From Microcoleaceae cyanobacterium (GTDB taxonomy: Bacteria; Cyanobacteriota; Cyanobacteriia; Cyanobacteriales; Microcoleaceae): a stretch of DNA of 64,000 nucleotides. Position 1 is the first letter of the stretch. Each line of letters opens with the position of its first letter. The stretch spans positions 49,341 to 113,340 of the forward strand of contig JBOFUV010000148.1 in the NCBI GenBank assembly GCA_051652765.1, written 5' to 3'. Below the pieces are notes generated by a model that worked only from the letters and a program-made list of their open reading frames with translations, made no database searches and was not told the DNA's origin. The position numbers and the translations under genes were made by a program. This document shows positions 22,323 to 34,989 of this stretch, one piece after another.

Positions 22323-23459
22323 ATGGCAACTAGCGGCAGGATCTTAAAAACCCATTCTCGGAAAGAAAAATTTGATTTCAAGCAACTTGAAGAAAAATTA
22401 AACATTGCCCTTTCTAGTATTACCATCAAGGATCTGGCAATTTTCGCCCGTCAATTTGCGGCGATGTTTAACGCGGGGATTGCGATGGCAAGATGCTTGG
22501 GTGTGCTTTCTGAACAATGCAGTAATGCAAAGTTGAAGCGAGCCCTAATGACCGTTCGGGCTGATGTGGAGGAAGGCAGCGCCCTGTCTGATTCCATGAA
22601 AAAGTTTCCTAATGTCTTTGACCAGCTATTCACCAGTATGGTGGCAGCCGGAGAGGTCGGGGGGGTGCTAGATGAAGTTCTAGAACGCCTAGCGGTGATG
22701 ATGGAGAAAAACCATAAAACCCAGAGCGAAATTAAGTCTGCCATGTCCTATCCCAAGACCGTAATGTTTATTGCGATCGCGGTGTTCTTTGGGATGACCA
22801 CATTTCTCTTGCCTACCTTTGCCAAGATTTTTGAGGAAATTGGTAGTGAATTACCTGCATTTACAGTCTTCATGTTGAATATCAGTAAGTTCTGTACCAC
22901 AAGCCCTCCGATTCCCCAGGTTGTAACTGTTTTAAGTCTACTGGGCGCGTATATGGCCTACCAAGCCTTTTATAAGACCCCAGCCGGTCGTCGGATGATG
23001 GATCGAGTTTACTTAAAGCTGCCTTTATTTGGCCCCTTGATTGAAAAGTCTGCTGTTGCTCGCTTCTGTATTATCTTTGGAAGTCTCACCCGCTCTGGGG
23101 TTCCAATTATGAGTTCTCTGGAAATTGTACGGGACGTGGCTGGAAATCAGACGATCGCCGATACCATTGAGAGTGCTAGACAAGAAATTCAACAAGGGGG
23201 GCTGATCAGTACCGCCATTGCCAGAGGAGAGGTTTTTCCCGCGTTAGCAATTCAGATGATTGCCATCGGTGAAGAATCTGGGGAACTGGACAAAATGTTG
23301 ATGAAAGTGGGGGCCTTCTACGAAACTGAAGTTGAAGAAGCGGTCAAGAGTTTAACGAGCGCTTTGGAACCGTTGATGATTGTGGTCGTTGGGGGGATTG
23401 TGGCCTCTGTACTACTCTCCATGTATCTGCCGATGTTCAAGGTGTTCGAGGATTTGTAA
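22323..23459 (+). CDS. pilC: Type IV pilus platform protein PilC
   Basis: Two T2SS-F repeats, GEVGGVLD and GEESGELD; follows pilB-pilT. Confidence 0.92.
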   Translation: MATSGRILKTHSRKEKFDFKQLEEKLNIALSSITIKDLAIFARQFAAMFNAGIAMARCLGVLSEQCSNAKLKRALMTVRADVEEGSALSDSMKKFPNVFDQLFTSMVAAGEVGGVLDEVLERLAVMMEKNHKTQSEIKSAMSYPKTVMFIAIAVFFGMTTFLLPTFAKIFEEIGSELPAFTVFMLNISKFCTTSPPIPQVVTVLSLLGAYMAYQAFYKTPAGRRMMDRVYLKLPLFGPLIEKSAVARFCIIFGSLTRSGVPIMSSLEIVRDVAGNQTIADTIESARQEIQQGGLISTAIARGEVFPALAIQMIAIGEESGELDKMLMKVGAFYETEVEEAVKSLTSALEPLMIVVVGGIVASVLLSMYLPMFKVFEDL

Positions 23460-23537
23460 CCTTTAGAAAAGTCAGCCTTAAGAGCAGTAAACCTCAGAAC
23501 AGTAAACCTCAAAAAAACTAGATTTAACTCGATTAAA

Positions 23538-24161
23538 ATGCCTGTTCAATCCTCCCATTACGAAGCGCTACTGGCTAAGTATTGTGAACCCGAGGCAGCA
23601 ATTGCCTTGCTCAAGCAACATCGACCCTATTTGGAAATGTTGCCCAGCCTTCGTCGCCCTGAAGAGAGTTTGATTACCATTCCTTTGCCCATCGTTCGGG
23701 TGCGAGACAGCATAGCAGCCTCAGGCAAGTTTGGCGTGAGTGTCATGGCAGGACAAGCCGTTTGCTTGCCCTGCGATCTGAGCTTTTTGATGTGTGATCC
23801 TGAGTGGAAGGTCAAAATAGGAGGGGAAATTTTCATCTACATTTACCGTCCTCAGGAAACTTTTTCTGATCTGCTCGCTCGCTGGCGTTTAACTCAGATT
23901 TGGCTGGATCGGGGCTATGACTGGGTAATGCCCCATCATTACAGTGATATCTACTCCCAAGAAGGAGAAAAACTGTATCCTCTGTTTGTGCTGTTTCCAG
24001 AAACCCCAGAACCGATCAAGCGAGGACTCATTGGAGCCCAGTTACCATTTGTCATTCAAACTATCGATCTAGAGGCTGACCTCCTCGACTTGCTAGAACC
24101 AGAGGATAAATTCTTGCTGGAAGAGCATCAAGAACAAGGCCGTTGGGGCCTTGAAGAATAA
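23538..24161 (+). CDS. Cyanobacterial hypothetical protein
   Basis: 207 aa ATG ORF filling the gap; motif FLMCDPEWKVK. Confidence 0.7.
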   Translation: MPVQSSHYEALLAKYCEPEAAIALLKQHRPYLEMLPSLRRPEESLITIPLPIVRVRDSIAASGKFGVSVMAGQAVCLPCDLSFLMCDPEWKVKIGGEIFIYIYRPQETFSDLLARWRLTQIWLDRGYDWVMPHHYSDIYSQEGEKLYPLFVLFPETPEPIKRGLIGAQLPFVIQTIDLEADLLDLLEPEDKFLLEEHQEQGRWGLEE

Positions 24162-24178
24162 GTGTTTTCGGTTCACCT

Positions 24179-25192
24179 TTACCGAACAAACTGAGGCATG
24201 ATCTCAGCCGCTGTAAATAACCCATAGATCCCCCGTCGTTGCAGTTGGACTCCAGCCTTGAGGTAACCAAATGCAGGGCCACAGACATTGGCGGCCATGG
24301 TTGTTTCGTCTCCTAGGGTAAAGGTGTGGGTAGACCGCTGCCCATCAAACGTCCGACCTGTAACCTGAACATTGGTACTCAAGGGCTTTTTGGGGTTGCG
24401 TGTGTCTACAATGCCTCCAACAGTCACACAGGCGCGATCGCAAATTCCTGCCAACTCCAACATAATGTCATCGGCATGTTCCATGTTTTCCAGGGTTAAG
24501 AGGCCATTCGTTTGATCCAGCAACGCCTCAACCTCGGCATCCGTCATTGCTCTAGCCTGATCGACGGTGTAACCGGGTAAATGGCCAATATCTTCTCGAA
24601 TCGTGGCCCGATAGGCTTCCCAGTTGGCAATTCCCACCCCAAAGGTGATTTTGACACTGTGAACCTCAGCATAACTTTGGGCCGCTAATGCGGCAGCCGC
24701 CGTCAACAATCCCGGTGTTGCCCCACATCCCGTCAGATAAGTAATTCCAGCCGCTTGGAGTTGATCTTTCAAGTCCAACAATAGTTCAACAGCACTAGTT
24801 CGTTTGAGGGCATCCACCAAAACTCCCCGCCAACCAGACTGAATAAACTGTTGAGCCACCTCTGCCATGAAGGTATTCGGCAAGTTGGGTAAAGCCAGAA
24901 AGTAGCCCTCCACACCTTGAGCCTTCGCCATTAACGCTGCAATGCTGCGGTCGCTCAACACTCCATCCGGTTCTAGATACCCGACCGAACCCCGTTGATG
25001 ATAAATCTGAATACAGGCATCTACATCTAGGCCATCCGCCCCATAGACATATCCTTGTCGATCTGCGGCAACAACCCACTGCATTTCCTGTTTGGGTGCC
25101 AGGATGCGTGCAGCGGCCTGCCCCAACCCTCCAAATCCCAGGATGCCAATCCGTAGGGGAGATGCATTTGTGTTTAATCGTGTTCTACTCAT
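24179..25192 (-). CDS. bioU: (S)-8-amino-7-oxononanoate synthase BioU (biotin synthesis)
   Basis: Rossmann [37 protein letters not shown]. Confidence 0.8.
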   Translation of the reverse strand: MSRTRLNTNASPLRIGILGFGGLGQAAARILAPKQEMQWVVAADRQGYVYGADGLDVDACIQIYHQRGSVGYLEPDGVLSDRSIAALMAKAQGVEGYFLALPNLPNTFMAEVAQQFIQSGWRGVLVDALKRTSAVELLLDLKDQLQAAGITYLTGCGATPGLLTAAAALAAQSYAEVHSVKITFGVGIANWEAYRATIREDIGHLPGYTVDQARAMTDAEVEALLDQTNGLLTLENMEHADDIMLELAGICDRACVTVGGIVDTRNPKKPLSTNVQVTGRTFDGQRSTHTFTLGDETTMAANVCGPAFGYLKAGVQLQRRGIYGLFTAAEIMPQFVR

Positions 25193-25352
25193 GGCGCTAC
25201 CCTCTCAATCAGACAATCTCAATCAGACAATTCTTAATTATCCCTCAATCGGCAACCCGCCTGAAATTTGCGGTAAATCGTTAAGATAGTTAAAGATGTA
25301 TTGCGTAATGTATCTTAAGATCTACCTGAACTTGACCTGAACTTGACCCGAA

Positions 25353-26285
25353 ATGAATGCTTCTGCCCTGGATCACGACCTCACTCAAAGACCCCTGGCT
25401 CAGTTCCCTTCCCCGCAATTCTGGACGTGGAAAGGGTTTCCGATCTGTTACCAACAGGAGGGGGAAACGGGCCCTGCTGTCGTTTTAATTCATGGATTTG
25501 GCGCTTCTTGGGGACATTGGCGCAAGAATATTCCAGTGCTTGCCACTCATTGTCGAGTGTATGCCTTGGATTTACTGGGATTTGGGGGGTCTGCTAAACC
25601 AGTGCCCGATGAAACCATCGCCTACACGTTTGAGACCTGGGGAGGGCAAATTGTTGATTTTTGTCGTGAAGTTGTAGGAACTCCGGCATTTTTAGTGGGG
25701 AACTCTATCGGTTGCATTGCCGCGATGCAGGCCGCCGTGATCGCCCCTGAAATTGCCATCGAACTGGCGTTGCTCAACTGTTCCCTGCGATTATTACATG
25801 AACGCAAACGGGCTGAAATTCCCTGGTACAGAAGTTTTGGTGCGGGAATTGCCCAAAGCGTGTTGAGCAACCGTTGGGTAAGCCAGTTATTTTTTCAACA
25901 AATTGCAACGCCCCGCAGTGTTCGCAAGATTCTCTTGCAAGCCTATCGCCGTCCCGAAGCCGTGACCGATGAACTGGTAGATATGTTGCTGACCCCCTCG
26001 CGGGAACCTAGCGCCGTGGATGTGTTCATGGCGTTTACGGGATATTCCCAGGGGCCACTGCCTGAAGATTTGCTGCCGATCCTGCCCTGTCCGGCTATTA
26101 TTCTGTGGGGAACTGCCGATCCCTGGGAACCGATTGAACTCGGTCAAGCCTTCGCTGCATTTGATCCAGTTAAACAATTTATCCCTTTAGAGGGAGTTGG
26201 CCATTGTCCCCAGGATGAAGCGCCAGACCTGGTTAACTCGATCTTGTTGAAGTGGATCGGTGAGAGTCTACAACCCGTCCAATGA
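25353..26285 (+). CDS. Alpha/beta hydrolase
   Basis: LIHGFGAS, nucleophile GNSIG, GHCPQDE. Confidence 0.9.
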   Translation: MNASALDHDLTQRPLAQFPSPQFWTWKGFPICYQQEGETGPAVVLIHGFGASWGHWRKNIPVLATHCRVYALDLLGFGGSAKPVPDETIAYTFETWGGQIVDFCREVVGTPAFLVGNSIGCIAAMQAAVIAPEIAIELALLNCSLRLLHERKRAEIPWYRSFGAGIAQSVLSNRWVSQLFFQQIATPRSVRKILLQAYRRPEAVTDELVDMLLTPSREPSAVDVFMAFTGYSQGPLPEDLLPILPCPAIILWGTADPWEPIELGQAFAAFDPVKQFIPLEGVGHCPQDEAPDLVNSILLKWIGESLQPVQ

Positions 26286-26289
26286 ACCG

Positions 26290-27363
26290 ATGATCTCTCA
26301 GGATGTTCCTCAGTTAAGGCGATCGCTCCTAGAATGGTATGTCCATCAGGGACGGGATTTGCCCTGGCGACAAAATTGTGATCCCTATCAAATCTGGGTT
26401 TCAGAGATTATGCTCCAGCAAACCCAGGTCAAAACTGTAATTCCCTACTATGAGCGTTGGTTAGCCCGATTCCCGACGATTAGGCATCTTGCCAACGCTA
26501 ACCAACAAGCCGTTTTAAAAGCGTGGCAGGGCTTGGGGTATTATGCTCGGGCCCGCAACCTCCATGCCTGCGCTCAAATAATTGTGCAAAAATATGAGGG
26601 GGTTTTCCCAGATACCTTAGTGGAGATGGTAAAACTCCCCGGTATTGGCCGTACAACGGCGGGAGGTATTCTGAGTTCAGCCTTTAATGCTCCCGTTTCA
26701 ATTCTAGAGGGCAATGTCAAGCGGGTGTTGGCTCGGTTGGTGGCGCTGTCCGTTCCCCCAAATCGAGCGATTCAGACCCTCTGGCTGCTTTCAGATGAAT
26801 TACTGGATCAGGAGCAACCGAGGGATTTTAATCAAGCCCTGATGGACTTGGGGGCAACTTGCTGTACGCCAAAGCTGCCCAATTGCGATCGCTGCCCCTG
26901 GCAATTCTGCTGTCAAGCCTATTCCTTAAACTTACAGACCCAACTCCCGATGCGTGAAGTTTCTGCCCCTTTGCCCCATAAATCCATTGGTGTTGCCGTG
27001 ATCTGGAATGATCAGCAGCAAATTTTAATTGATAAACGGCCTGAAAAAGGTTTACTCGGAGGCTTGTGGGAATTTCCGGGAGGCAAGATCGAACCTGGGG
27101 AAACCGTAGAAGCCTGCATTCGACGGGAGATTCAAGAAGAACTAGCTATTGAGATTGAAGTTGGAGATCATTTGATCACCCTTGATCATGCCTATACTCA
27201 CTTTCGAGTGACCTTGAATGTACACCACTGCCGTTATCTGAGCGGAGAGCCTCAACCCTTAGAATCTGACGAGATCCGCTGGGTCACCTTGGCAGAACTG
27301 GATCAATTTCCCTTCCCAAAGGCCAATGAAAAAATTATTGCCGCTCTGCAGTCAGAACAATAG
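26290..27363 (+). CDS. mutY: A/G-specific adenine glycosylase with C-terminal NUDIX domain
   Basis: VSEIMLQQT, WQGLGYY, LPGIGRTTA HhH, FeS Cys motif, Nudix box GGKIEPGETVEACIRREIQEE. Confidence 0.93.
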   Translation: MISQDVPQLRRSLLEWYVHQGRDLPWRQNCDPYQIWVSEIMLQQTQVKTVIPYYERWLARFPTIRHLANANQQAVLKAWQGLGYYARARNLHACAQIIVQKYEGVFPDTLVEMVKLPGIGRTTAGGILSSAFNAPVSILEGNVKRVLARLVALSVPPNRAIQTLWLLSDELLDQEQPRDFNQALMDLGATCCTPKLPNCDRCPWQFCCQAYSLNLQTQLPMREVSAPLPHKSIGVAVIWNDQQQILIDKRPEKGLLGGLWEFPGGKIEPGETVEACIRREIQEELAIEIEVGDHLITLDHAYTHFRVTLNVHHCRYLSGEPQPLESDEIRWVTLAELDQFPFPKANEKIIAALQSEQ

Positions 27364-27426
27364 CCCCTTTGCTGTTCTTCCAGGTTTTGAATGAGTGGGT
27401 TAGGGGCAATTGCCTCACTTTTTTGA

Positions 27427-28641
27427 TCACTTTTTCGAGGTCGAAGCAAACTGAGTTGGGTCTTGGTCTCGCCGGTGTTGAATCGGGAGAGGAGAACCTT
27501 GGCGATCGCCCACTAGAGCAGCAGTTTTCTCCAAGGATTCCCTCAACCGCTTGGCAGCATAGATCGACATATCACGGGGTACATTAATTCGATCCCGTAA
27601 ATACCGTAGGGCAGGATCAGAACCGGGCGGCGGGACACAGTCCTGCCCTGTCATCAGATGGGTCAGGGCACAGCGGAGAGCTTCATCAAACAATTTGTCA
27701 TCGGCAGGGTTGACTCGAACAATATTGGTGCGGTGCTTGATCACCCGTTGGAGTGCTTCAACGCGAGAGGTTTCAGGTTCTGGGTATGTTACATCGGGCA
27801 GCCCAATCCAAGGGCCGTTATCTACCCGTGTCTTATTGAGTTGCATTTGGGGTTCGCTGTTTTCCCAACAGCCTCCCATCTGAGGGGGTAAATCATGGAC
27901 GTGGGTATGGAAATCGCTCTGGGTGCCACGGTAGGTGGGGCGACTTTCCATGGCATCAAACCAGGCTGACAGCCGAGGGTTTTCTTCCCGCAGGGAATAG
28001 CCCTTGTAGTAGTAGAGGCTAGCATTCATGCGTTCAACATAGGGAGTAAAAATCACATCAACTGTACCGAACTCATCCAGAAAGTAGGGGCTTGGAGTGC
28101 GGCCTAGAGCATCCTCAACCTTGGCCACCACCTCTGTAAACTGTTCCCGGTTGCGCTGCTCTTGCTGAGATGACCCTGCTGGGTAACAAAGCCAAGCACA
28201 CCAAGCTCTGAATAGAAGTCGCTCTAGCTGCCGTAGTGGAAGAACGGTAGCATCCTTCATGCCCAGACCTAACGGGCCATAGACTTTTTCCAAGGCAATC
28301 AAAATATCATCGCTTTCTGTAATCACACGACCATCCAACTCAATCGCAGGCAACATCCCCGATGGAACTTTGCGTTTGTACCAACTCTCTTTCTCTCCAT
28401 AGCAGAACATCGTCACTTTTTCGATGCGATATGGGATCTGTTTTTCTTCTAGCCACAACCAGATTTTCTGACAGTAGGGACACCAAGCGTGGTTATCTCG
28501 GTACAAAATTACCCGCACATCGGATTCATTCTGACCAAATAGGCGTAAACGGGCTTGGGCATTAGTTGGCCCATTGATTGTATCGATCTGAAAGTTGGTA
28601 AGGGCTTCTAGTTCTGGCCAGTTTAAGCAGGCAGTGGTCAT
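27427..28641 (-). CDS. Glutathione S-transferase family protein
   Basis: [22 protein letters not shown]. Confidence 0.85.
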   Translation of the reverse strand: MTTACLNWPELEALTNFQIDTINGPTNAQARLRLFGQNESDVRVILYRDNHAWCPYCQKIWLWLEEKQIPYRIEKVTMFCYGEKESWYKRKVPSGMLPAIELDGRVITESDDILIALEKVYGPLGLGMKDATVLPLRQLERLLFRAWCAWLCYPAGSSQQEQRNREQFTEVVAKVEDALGRTPSPYFLDEFGTVDVIFTPYVERMNASLYYYKGYSLREENPRLSAWFDAMESRPTYRGTQSDFHTHVHDLPPQMGGCWENSEPQMQLNKTRVDNGPWIGLPDVTYPEPETSRVEALQRVIKHRTNIVRVNPADDKLFDEALRCALTHLMTGQDCVPPPGSDPALRYLRDRINVPRDMSIYAAKRLRESLEKTAALVGDRQGSPLPIQHRRDQDPTQFASTSKK

Positions 28642-28872
28642 GAAAATCAGTATCCTTATGAACTCAAAGTGATTAGATTATAAGAGTTTTGAAGGATTTC
28701 GTCGGGAGATTTCCCGCGAGTCTATTGGCAGAAGACAAATCTCATTTGTGGATGGCAAAATTCGTGAGATCTTGGTTTGGATACCATCTCAGCGTTGACA
28801 ACAATCAATCGATCAATTCGCCCGCCGTTAATAGACAATATTCTTGAAAACATAGATCTAGGAGAAATATTC

Positions 28873-29388
28873 ATGACAATTTCGATGTATCAAGCCTCAA
28901 TCCCCCCCATGATTCGCTCACTCAATAATCTTGCCGCGATTTTGGCCAAGGGTGCTGCCCATGCTGAAGCCAGAAAAATCGATCCTGCTGTGCTGATCAA
29001 TAGCCGACTGTACCCTGATATGTTTCCTATGGATCGACAAGTCCAAATTACTTCAGATATTGCTAGAAGAGGAGCGGCAAGGCTAGCAGGATTAGAAGCT
29101 CCTAAGCTTGAGGACAATGAAACGACTTTTCCTGAACTCATCACTCGTCTTGAGAAAACGATTGCCTACCTAGAAACATTGACATCCGACCAAATTGATG
29201 GCTCAGAAGAAAGATCAATTACTCTTCCCATAGGTAATGACACCATGATTTTTGCGGGATTGCCCTACCTGCTTTATTTTGTTCTGCCTAACGTCTATTT
29301 TCATGTCACAACTGCTTATGACATTCTTAGACATTGTGGAGTAGAACTAGGTAAGCTAGATTTTCTGGGAAAACCGGAGACAATCTAG
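28873..29388 (+). CDS. DUF1993 (DinB-like) family protein
   Basis: RLYPDMFP, LPNVYFHVTTAYDILRHCGVELGKLDF; AGGAG RBS. Confidence 0.85.
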   Translation: MTISMYQASIPPMIRSLNNLAAILAKGAAHAEARKIDPAVLINSRLYPDMFPMDRQVQITSDIARRGAARLAGLEAPKLEDNETTFPELITRLEKTIAYLETLTSDQIDGSEERSITLPIGNDTMIFAGLPYLLYFVLPNVYFHVTTAYDILRHCGVELGKLDFLGKPETI

Positions 29389-29768
29389 TTCCATGCAGGT
29401 TCTCAGGCAGGAATCCTGACTCTAGCCCTTGTGGCAAAACACAGATAACGAGTTAAGGCTCGCAAGTTGTCCAAGCAAGTTTTGTGGCTAGGCAAGTGAA
29501 GGTGAAGTGCAAGCTACTTTACCTTCATGCGTCCAATCAGATCGCTCTATTCCTCAAAATCAGAATGACTGAAATCGACGTTAAAAGCTTTACAAAAGGA
29601 TTGGCAATAGTGTACTATAGAAATTTGTGCAGCAAGATAACCAGAACAGCCGTTGATAGGGTATAGCCTTTAGGTTAAGGGTCGTGTTAGGGAAGTCAAT
29701 TAAGCTCGACTTCTGTAGGTTTGATGCTTCCAGATGTAACGAAACTTGGAAATATGTCATAGTAACTC

Positions 29769-30152
29769 ATGCCCACGATACAGCAATTAATTCGATCAGC
29801 AAGAGAAAAGACGGAGAAAAAAACCAAGTCTCCAGCTCTAAAAAGTTGTCCTCAGCGGCGCGGGGTTTGTACTCGTGTGTACACAACGACACCCAAGAAG
29901 CCAAACTCTGCCCTTCGTAAAGTAGCACGGGTTCGCTTGACTTCAGGCTTTGAAGTTACGGCGTATATTCCTGGAATTGGTCATAATCTTCAGGAACACT
30001 CCGTTGTGATGATTCGCGGAGGAAGAGTTAAAGATTTACCGGGTGTGCGATATCACATTATTCGTGGCACCCTGGATACTGCTGGGGTTAAAGACCGTCG
30101 TCAAGGCCGTTCTAAATATGGGGCTAAGCGCCCGAAACCGGCCAAGTCTTAA
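29769..30152 (+). CDS. rpsL: 30S ribosomal protein S12
   Basis: MPTIQQL...[10 protein letters not shown]...RVKDLPG. Confidence 0.99.
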   Translation: MPTIQQLIRSAREKTEKKTKSPALKSCPQRRGVCTRVYTTTPKKPNSALRKVARVRLTSGFEVTAYIPGIGHNLQEHSVVMIRGGRVKDLPGVRYHIIRGTLDTAGVKDRRQGRSKYGAKRPKPAKS

Positions 30153-30315
30153 GGTTGGATCTGAGTAGTTCAGGAGTGCAATTCAGAAGACTATCGGTAT
30201 CGTGAGTGCGACTTCTTATTTGAAGGTCATGCAAATTTCGTTAGTGATTAGTTTGCTGAGTTGATCATCTTCCCGTCTAAAATTTTTATTGATGAATCAC
30301 TGCTAAATATAGATT

Positions 30316-30786
30316 ATGTCCCGTCGTAAACTTGTCCAAAAGCGTCCTATTCCTCCAGATCCCGTTTACAATAGCCGTCTTGTCAGCATGATGGTACGTC
30401 GTGTAATGCGGCACGGCAAACAATCCTTGGCTTATCGACTAATCTATGATTCCCTAAAGATTATCGAAGAGCGCACAGGAGCAGAACCGCTAGAGCTGTT
30501 TGAAAAAGCAGTTCGAAACGTGACCCCTTTGGTAGAGGTCAAAGCTCGACGGGTTGGAGGAGCAACTTACCAGGTTCCGATGGAAGTCCGCTCAGAGCGA
30601 GGAACAACTCTAGCTTTGCGGTGGATCATTCGATATTCCCGCGAGCGTTCTGGTCGTTCCATGTCAATGAAGCTAGCGAATGAGCTCATGGATGCAGCAA
30701 ACGAAACTGGGAGTGCCGTGAGAAAGCGTGAAGAGACGCACAAGATGGCAGAAGCAAACAAAGCCTTTGCTCATTACCGATACTAA
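30316..30786 (+). CDS. rpsG: 30S ribosomal protein S7
   Basis: [23 protein letters not shown]. Confidence 0.99.
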   Translation: MSRRKLVQKRPIPPDPVYNSRLVSMMVRRVMRHGKQSLAYRLIYDSLKIIEERTGAEPLELFEKAVRNVTPLVEVKARRVGGATYQVPMEVRSERGTTLALRWIIRYSRERSGRSMSMKLANELMDAANETGSAVRKREETHKMAEANKAFAHYRY

Positions 30787-30913
30787 TTGAGTCGAGATGT
30801 TGGAGGCTCAAGTATCGATCCTACAATCTAAAGAAAAGATAGGAGTGATTTGTACAAGCAGATAAAGTACAAATAAGTCGAAAGTTTTAATAAAGGTTCA
30901 GAAGGAGGTAGCT

Positions 30914-32995
30914 GTGTCACGGACTATCCCGCTTGAAAGAGTAAGAAATATCGGTATTGCAGCCCATATTGATGCAGGTAAGACCACGACTACAGAACGC
31001 ATCCTGTTTTATTCTGGTGTCGTTCATAAGATGGGTGAAGTTCATGATGGAACGGCTGTAACAGATTGGATGGATCAAGAGCGGGAGCGTGGGATTACGA
31101 TTACTGCTGCTGCAATCACGACGAGTTGGCGGGATCATAAAGTTAATATTATCGATACTCCAGGTCACGTAGACTTCACGATTGAAGTTGAGCGCTCCAT
31201 GCGCGTTCTTGACGGGGTGATTGCAGTATTCTGCTCAGTTGGGGGAGTTCAGCCCCAGTCTGAGACGGTTTGGAGACAGGCAGATCGGTATAGCGTTCCC
31301 CGTATCGCCTTCGTAAACAAGATGGATCGTACCGGGGCAGATTTTTTTAAAGTCTACAGACAAGTGTGCGATCGCCTGAGAGCCAATGCAGTTCCAATTC
31401 AGATTCCGATTGGGAGTGAAAGCAACTTCCGAGGGCTGGTGGATTTGGTCGCGATGAAAGCCTACCTCTACACCAATGATTTAGGGACAGACATTCAAGT
31501 CACTGATGAAATTCCAGATGAAGTCAAGGATGTGGTGGAAGAGTACCGGATCAAACTAATTGAGTCTGTTGCTGAGACAAATGATGTTTTGATGGAAAAG
31601 TACTTAGAAGGACAAGAGTTCACCCAGGAAGAGGTGCAAAATCAAGTTCGTCAAGCCACGGTTGAAGGCAAGATGGTTCCCATGTTGTGTGGGTCTGCGT
31701 TTAAAAACCGGGGAGTTCAACGGCTGTTAGATGCCGTGGTGGACTACCTTCCTGCCCCAACTGAGGTTCCTGCTATCAAGGGGAAACTGCTGGATGGGTC
31801 TGAAGCGGAGCGTCCCTCTAGTGATGAGGCTCCCCTTGCTGCCCTAGCCTTTAAAATCATGGCTGATCCGTTTGGTCGCCTGACTTTTGTCCGGGTCTAT
31901 TCAGGGGTTCTGCAAAAAGGTAGTTATGTTCTGAATTCGACCAAGGACAAAAAAGAACGGCTCTCGCGCTTGATCGTGCTGAAAGCTGACGATCGGATTG
32001 AAGTGGATGAGCTTCGAGCTGGAGACTTAGGAGCCGCCTTGGGTCTGAAGGACACTTTGACTGGGGACACCTTATGCGACGAAGCTGCTCCCATTATTTT
32101 GGAGTCTCTATTTGTTCCAGAGCCGGTAATTTCTGTGGCAGTTGAGCCGAAAACTAAGCAAGATATGGAGAAGCTTTCTAAAGCTCTTCAGTCTCTTTCC
32201 GAGGAAGATCCAACGTTCCGAGTTGCGGTTGATCCAGAGACCAATCAAACCGTGATTGCTGGGATGGGAGAGCTCCACCTGGAAATTTTAGTGGATCGGA
32301 TGTTGCGAGAGTTCAAGGTAGAAGCAAACGTGGGGGCTCCCCAAGTTGCCTATCGAGAGACGATTCGTAAGTCTGTTAAGGCAGAAGGGAGATTTATTCG
32401 TCAAAGTGGAGGCAAAGGTCAATATGGTCACGTTGTGATTCAACTCGAACCGGGCGAACCGGGCTGTGGCTTTGAGTTTGTCTCTAAAGTTGTCGGGGGT
32501 GTTATTCCTAAGGAATATATTAATCCTGCATCTGAAGGCATGAAGGAAGCTTGCGAGTCTGGTGTTTTAGCGGGTTATCCTTTAATTGATGTTAAGGCCA
32601 CTTTGATTGATGGTTCCTATCATGATGTGGATTCCTCTGAAATGGCCTTCAAGATTGCAGGCTCTATAGCCATTAAGGAGGGAGTTCATAAAGCTTCTCC
32701 TGTGCTACTAGAACCTGTGATGAAGGTCGAAGTTGAGGTTCCCGAGGACTTCATTGGGAACATTATCGGTGATCTTAACTCCCGTCGAGGTCAAATTGAA
32801 GGTCAAGAGACTGATCAATCTCAAGGCATCTCCAAAGTCACTGCTAAGGTTCCCCTAGCAGAAATGTTTGGATATGCTACAGATATTCGGTCTAAGACCC
32901 AAGGCCGAGGCATCTTTACAATGGAGTTTAGCAACTATGAAGAGGTTCCTCGAAGTGTTGCTGAAACTATCATTGCGAAGAATAGAGGTGGATAA
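30914..32995 (+). CDS. fusA: Elongation factor G
   Basis: [18 protein letters not shown]; str operon position. Confidence 0.99.
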   Translation: MSRTIPLERVRNIGIAAHIDAGKTTTTERILFYSGVVHKMGEVHDGTAVTDWMDQERERGITITAAAITTSWRDHKVNIIDTPGHVDFTIEVERSMRVLDGVIAVFCSVGGVQPQSETVWRQADRYSVPRIAFVNKMDRTGADFFKVYRQVCDRLRANAVPIQIPIGSESNFRGLVDLVAMKAYLYTNDLGTDIQVTDEIPDEVKDVVEEYRIKLIESVAETNDVLMEKYLEGQEFTQEEVQNQVRQATVEGKMVPMLCGSAFKNRGVQRLLDAVVDYLPAPTEVPAIKGKLLDGSEAERPSSDEAPLAALAFKIMADPFGRLTFVRVYSGVLQKGSYVLNSTKDKKERLSRLIVLKADDRIEVDELRAGDLGAALGLKDTLTGDTLCDEAAPIILESLFVPEPVISVAVEPKTKQDMEKLSKALQSLSEEDPTFRVAVDPETNQTVIAGMGELHLEILVDRMLREFKVEANVGAPQVAYRETIRKSVKAEGRFIRQSGGKGQYGHVVIQLEPGEPGCGFEFVSKVVGGVIPKEYINPASEGMKEACESGVLAGYPLIDVKATLIDGSYHDVDSSEMAFKIAGSIAIKEGVHKASPVLLEPVMKVEVEVPEDFIGNIIGDLNSRRGQIEGQETDQSQGISKVTAKVPLAEMFGYATDIRSKTQGRGIFTMEFSNYEEVPRSVAETIIAKNRGG

Positions 32996-33141
32996 GAAGA
33001 TGAACTGTGGCGGTCTAGAAAGCAAAACTCAGCATAAAATACAAGTTGATCTGAGTAGCTTTTTGGCCTCTAGAGTTCAGCTCAGGATTCTTAATCCTCT
33101 ACTGTGATCGTTTATATTCATTATCTTGAGTCAAGTAGGAT

Positions 33142-34371
33142 ATGGCACGCGCAAAATTTGAAAGAAACAAACCCCACGTTAACATCGGCACCATTGGTCA
33201 CGTTGACCATGGTAAAACCACTTTGACTGCTGCAATTACGATGACTTTGTCGGCACTGGGTCAGGCAAAGGCTCGTAAGTATGAAGATATTGATGCAGCT
33301 CCAGAGGAAAAAGCACGGGGAATTACAATTAACACCGCTCACGTAGAATACGAAACTCAAGAGCGCCACTATGCCCACGTGGACTGTCCCGGACATGCTG
33401 ACTATGTAAAGAACATGATCACAGGGGCTGCTCAGATGGACGGTGCGATTCTTGTTGTTTCTGCGGCAGATGGGCCCATGCCTCAAACCCGTGAGCACAT
33501 TCTGTTGGCCAAGCAGGTTGGGGTTCCCAACATCGTCGTTTTCTTGAACAAACAAGACATGGTAGACGATGAAGAGTTGCTAGAGCTGGTTGAACTAGAA
33601 GTGCGGGAACTGTTGGATTCCTACGATTTCCCTGGTGATGACATTCCCATTGTTTCAGGTTCTGCCCTCCAAGCCCTTGAAGCCATGGTGGCAAATCCCA
33701 AGACTAAGCGGGGTGAGAACGAGTGGGTCGATAAGATCTATATGCTGATGGATGAGGTAGATGCCTACATTCCAACCCCAGAGCGGGCAATCGACAGACC
33801 CTTCCTGATGGCCGTTGAAGATGTGTTCTCCATTACCGGTCGGGGAACAGTTGCAACTGGCCGGATTGAGCGCGGAAAGGTCAAAGTTGGTGAAACTATT
33901 GAGTTGGTGGGGATCAGAGATACCCGCAGCACAACGGTCACTGGCGTTGAAATGTTCCAGAAGATTCTGGATGAAGGCATGGCAGGAGATAACGTAGGTC
34001 TCCTCCTGCGGGGACTTCAGAAAGCTGATATCCAGCGAGGCATGGTGATTGCCAAGCCTGGATCAATTACACCTCACACTCAATTTGAGTCTGAGGTGTA
34101 TATCCTGAAAAAAGAAGAAGGCGGTCGTCATACTCCGTTCTTTTCTGGCTATCGTCCTCAGTTTTACGTGCGAACCACTGACGTTACCGGGACAATCAAG
34201 GCATTCACTGCTGACGATGGTACCGAAGCTGAAATGGTTATGCCAGGTGACCGGATCAAAATGACCGTTGAATTAATTAACCCCATTGCGATTGAGCAGG
34301 GAATGCGCTTTGCGATTCGTGAAGGGGGTCGTACGGTTGGTGCAGGGGTCGTTTCTAAGATATTGAAGTAG
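33142..34371 (+). CDS. tuf: Elongation factor Tu
   Basis: [27 protein letters not shown]. Confidence 0.99.
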   Translation: MARAKFERNKPHVNIGTIGHVDHGKTTLTAAITMTLSALGQAKARKYEDIDAAPEEKARGITINTAHVEYETQERHYAHVDCPGHADYVKNMITGAAQMDGAILVVSAADGPMPQTREHILLAKQVGVPNIVVFLNKQDMVDDEELLELVELEVRELLDSYDFPGDDIPIVSGSALQALEAMVANPKTKRGENEWVDKIYMLMDEVDAYIPTPERAIDRPFLMAVEDVFSITGRGTVATGRIERGKVKVGETIELVGIRDTRSTTVTGVEMFQKILDEGMAGDNVGLLLRGLQKADIQRGMVIAKPGSITPHTQFESEVYILKKEEGGRHTPFFSGYRPQFYVRTTDVTGTIKAFTADDGTEAEMVMPGDRIKMTVELINPIAIEQGMRFAIREGGRTVGAGVVSKILK

Positions 34372-34404
34372 GGTATCCGAATCCCTCACTGATTTTCTTT
34401 TGGC

Positions 34405-34444
34405 TTAAGGAAGCAGGAAGTATTATTTGCTTCTGCTTCCTTAA
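34405..34444 (+). terminator. Stem-loop after tuf
   Basis: ttaaggaagcag...ctgcttccttaa 12-bp inverted repeat followed by A/T tract. Confidence 0.7.
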
Positions 34445-34588
34445 AATTTTCCATCACATCAAGGCCAATAGTAGGTTCCTAGAAGATTGTGCACTCGTAA
34501 TTTGATTCATAATCTTTGGGTCAACTCTCTATTGAGAACTACTGAACCTTGAAAACTTAGCAAGTCACTCATACAGGACATCAAATCT

Positions 34589-34906
34589 ATGGCAACTATT
34601 CAACAGCAAAAGATTCGAATTCGTTTAAAAGCCTTTGACCGCCGCTTACTGGATACCTCTTGCGAAAAGATTGTTGATACGGCCAATCGGACTGGAGCCA
34701 CTGCAATTGGCCCAATTCCCCTACCCACCAAACGTCGAATTTATTGTGTCTTGCGATCGCCCCACGTAGATAAAGACTCACGGGAGCACTTTGAAACCCG
34801 AACCCATCGTCGCATTATCGATATTTATCAGCCGTCCTCAAAAACAATTGATGCCCTGATGAAGTTGGATTTGCCTGCTGGGGTAGATATTGAGGTCAAG
34901 CTCTAA
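34589..34906 (+). CDS. rpsJ: 30S ribosomal protein S10
   Basis: [31 protein letters not shown]. Confidence 0.99.
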   Translation: MATIQQQKIRIRLKAFDRRLLDTSCEKIVDTANRTGATAIGPIPLPTKRRIYCVLRSPHVDKDSREHFETRTHRRIIDIYQPSSKTIDALMKLDLPAGVDIEVKL

Positions 34907-34989
34907 AGTTAAACGTCAGACCTAGAGACCTGGGGAATCTCAGAGAAATCCGCTAAAGTAAGAGGGAAAGTTTGTATGTTACCAGTACA

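Noticed and set aside
29769..30152. Streptomycin-resistance allele of rpsL
   Set aside because: PKKPNS and RVKDLP motifs are wild type
33121..33555. 144 aa ORF antisense to tuf, and similar shadow ORFs over hemL, pilBTC and trpE
   Set aside because: Antisense or off-frame shadows of well-supported genes
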